Below, piece after piece: positions 57,701 through 58,410 of a stretch of DNA of 58,410 bases. The stretch's first letter is position 1. Each line of letters opens with the position of its first letter. Source of the DNA: Candidatus Cloacimonadales bacterium (GTDB taxonomy: Bacteria; Cloacimonadota; Cloacimonadia; Cloacimonadales; JAFGVF01); the NCBI GenBank assembly GCA_041672585.1, contig JBAYZI010000002.1, positions 1-58,410 on the forward strand, written 5' to 3'. The notes under the pieces are model-generated. The model had not been told where the DNA came from. It saw nothing but the letters and a program-made list of their open reading frames with translations, and searched no databases. The translations under genes were made by a program, and so were the position numbers.

Positions 57701-57783
57701 CCCTCTTCACTGGGATTGCGGACGCCCACGTCCGTATTAAATCTATCCCTATCATAGGGATAGATAGGCCTTGCTTTTTGCAA
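57701..57783 (+). repeat. Second copy of the ~80-bp hairpin-module repeat seen at 44188-44268
   Basis: The sequence is cctcttcactgggattgcggacgcccacgtccgtattaaatctatccctatcatagggatagataggccttgctttttgcaag. Confidence 0.85.
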
Positions 57784-57810
57784 GTTAAGGACTCTTCTCC
57801 TTCGGAGGTG

Positions 57811-57847
57811 AGTGAATACGGACGGGTCGTCCGCAATCCCAGTTAAG
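57811..57847 (-). repeat. Inverted partial copy of the same module (arm of a ~37-bp long-range inverted repeat with 57704-57740)
   Basis: The reverse complement of gtgaatacggacgggtcgtccgcaatcccagttaagg is ccttaactgggattgcggacgacccgtccgtattcac. Confidence 0.8.
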
Positions 57848-57913
57848 GGATCTCGCACCAATCTAAATCTGTCTATAAACAAAAAGGACCCTGGATAAAA
57901 ATATCCAAAACTC

Positions 57914-58091
57914 GATCCCCAACGGGGATATATAGTTTAGCCCGGTGGTCTCATTCTGCTTGCAGAATTGACCCCGGGTACAGGATATCCCCATCAACCC
58001 GTCCTATTCCGGTAGGAATAGGACAGTAGCTAGAAGCAACTCCCCATTTTACCAAAATCTTCATGCTGAAAATAACCTGTTCACTCACAAA
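57914..58091 (+). repeat. Copy 2 of the 178-bp direct repeat upstream of the 16S rRNA gene
   Basis: See copy 1. Here the third hairpin is perfect (tcctattcc-ggta-ggaatagga). Confidence 0.9.
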
Positions 58092-58225
58092 AACGGCGAA
58101 TCAAAAACTAAAAGTAAAATAGTTTTAATAAATCTTTTACTCTCTAACCTATTCAAATTTGGTGTTTAATGAATTTTTAATGTCCCTTCTTGAATAATTA
58201 AAACTTAAAATATGTAAAAAAGATA

Positions 58226-58253
58226 TTGACAGAAAAACAGCTCTTAGTAAATT
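58226..58253 (+). promoter_or_regulatory. Candidate rRNA operon promoter
   Basis: TTGACA (58226-58231), a 16-nt spacer and TAAATT (58248-53) lie about 130 nt upstream of the 16S 5' end. An A/T-rich UP-like region precedes them. Confidence 0.4.
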
Positions 58254-58383
58254 AACAAAACCAATGCACGGAACGCGAAAGTGAAAGTGCGCTGGTTCGA
58301 TCTTTGAACTTAAAATTAATAAATAATTTATAGAGTGAAATGAATGAAGTAAACTTGCGAGAGACAGGAAAACGATTTATATA

Positions 58384-58410
58384 ATAATGGAGAGTTTGAT
58401 CCTGGCTCAG
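58384..58410 (+). rRNA. rrs: 16S ribosomal RNA, 5' end only (continues beyond the window)
   Basis: agagtttgatcctggctcag at 58391-58410 is the universal bacterial 16S 5' sequence (27F primer site). The exact mature 5' end is approximate. Confidence 0.9.

Overview
This is an AT-rich 58.4-kb chromosomal window from an anaerobic bacterium. It is probably a member of the FCB superphylum (Cloacimonadota-like). That placement is an inference from three proteases carrying T9SS-type C-terminal sorting domains, a Na+-pumping methylmalonyl-CoA decarboxylase operon and an hcp gene; no search was run. I support about 49 CDS and the first ~27 nt of a 16S rRNA gene at the right edge (58391-58410 is the universal 27F site). 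I could not recognise any tRNA, CRISPR array, transposase or prophage gene.

Housekeeping blocks:
- Decarboxylase operon (1-3570).
- TetR-controlled RND efflux operon (6314-12330).
- glyQ, nadD and a bamD-like gene.
- M18 aminopeptidase and greA.
- The rpsP-KH-rimM-trmD-rplS cluster, then acpS, adk, trkHA, rluD and ribBA.

Accessory or unusual blocks:
1. An Rrf2-controlled six-gene cassette ending in hcp (38.0-43.9 kb). It includes a HypB-like GTPase, an ABC ATPase with no permease, a signal-less binding-protein-like fusion and a zinc ribbon. A 16-bp operator candidate occurs twice. This is my best candidate for an undescribed system.
2. A visibly more AT-rich Eco57I-like Type IIG restriction-modification island with a companion methylase (12.7-16.4 kb).
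3. Two loci of giant secreted proteases (S8; an M6-like protein with the HExxH motif destroyed; C25). They share a ~88-aa C-terminal sorting domain, and a PorV/PorQ-like barrel gene sits between two of them.
4. A family of hairpin-forming mosaic intergenic repeat modules. They recur in both orientations at a minimum of eight intergenic loci, show compensatory stem changes and nest inside one another. This includes two 178-bp copies directly upstream of the 16S gene.

All functional calls come from motif and pattern recognition by eye, and no database was queried.
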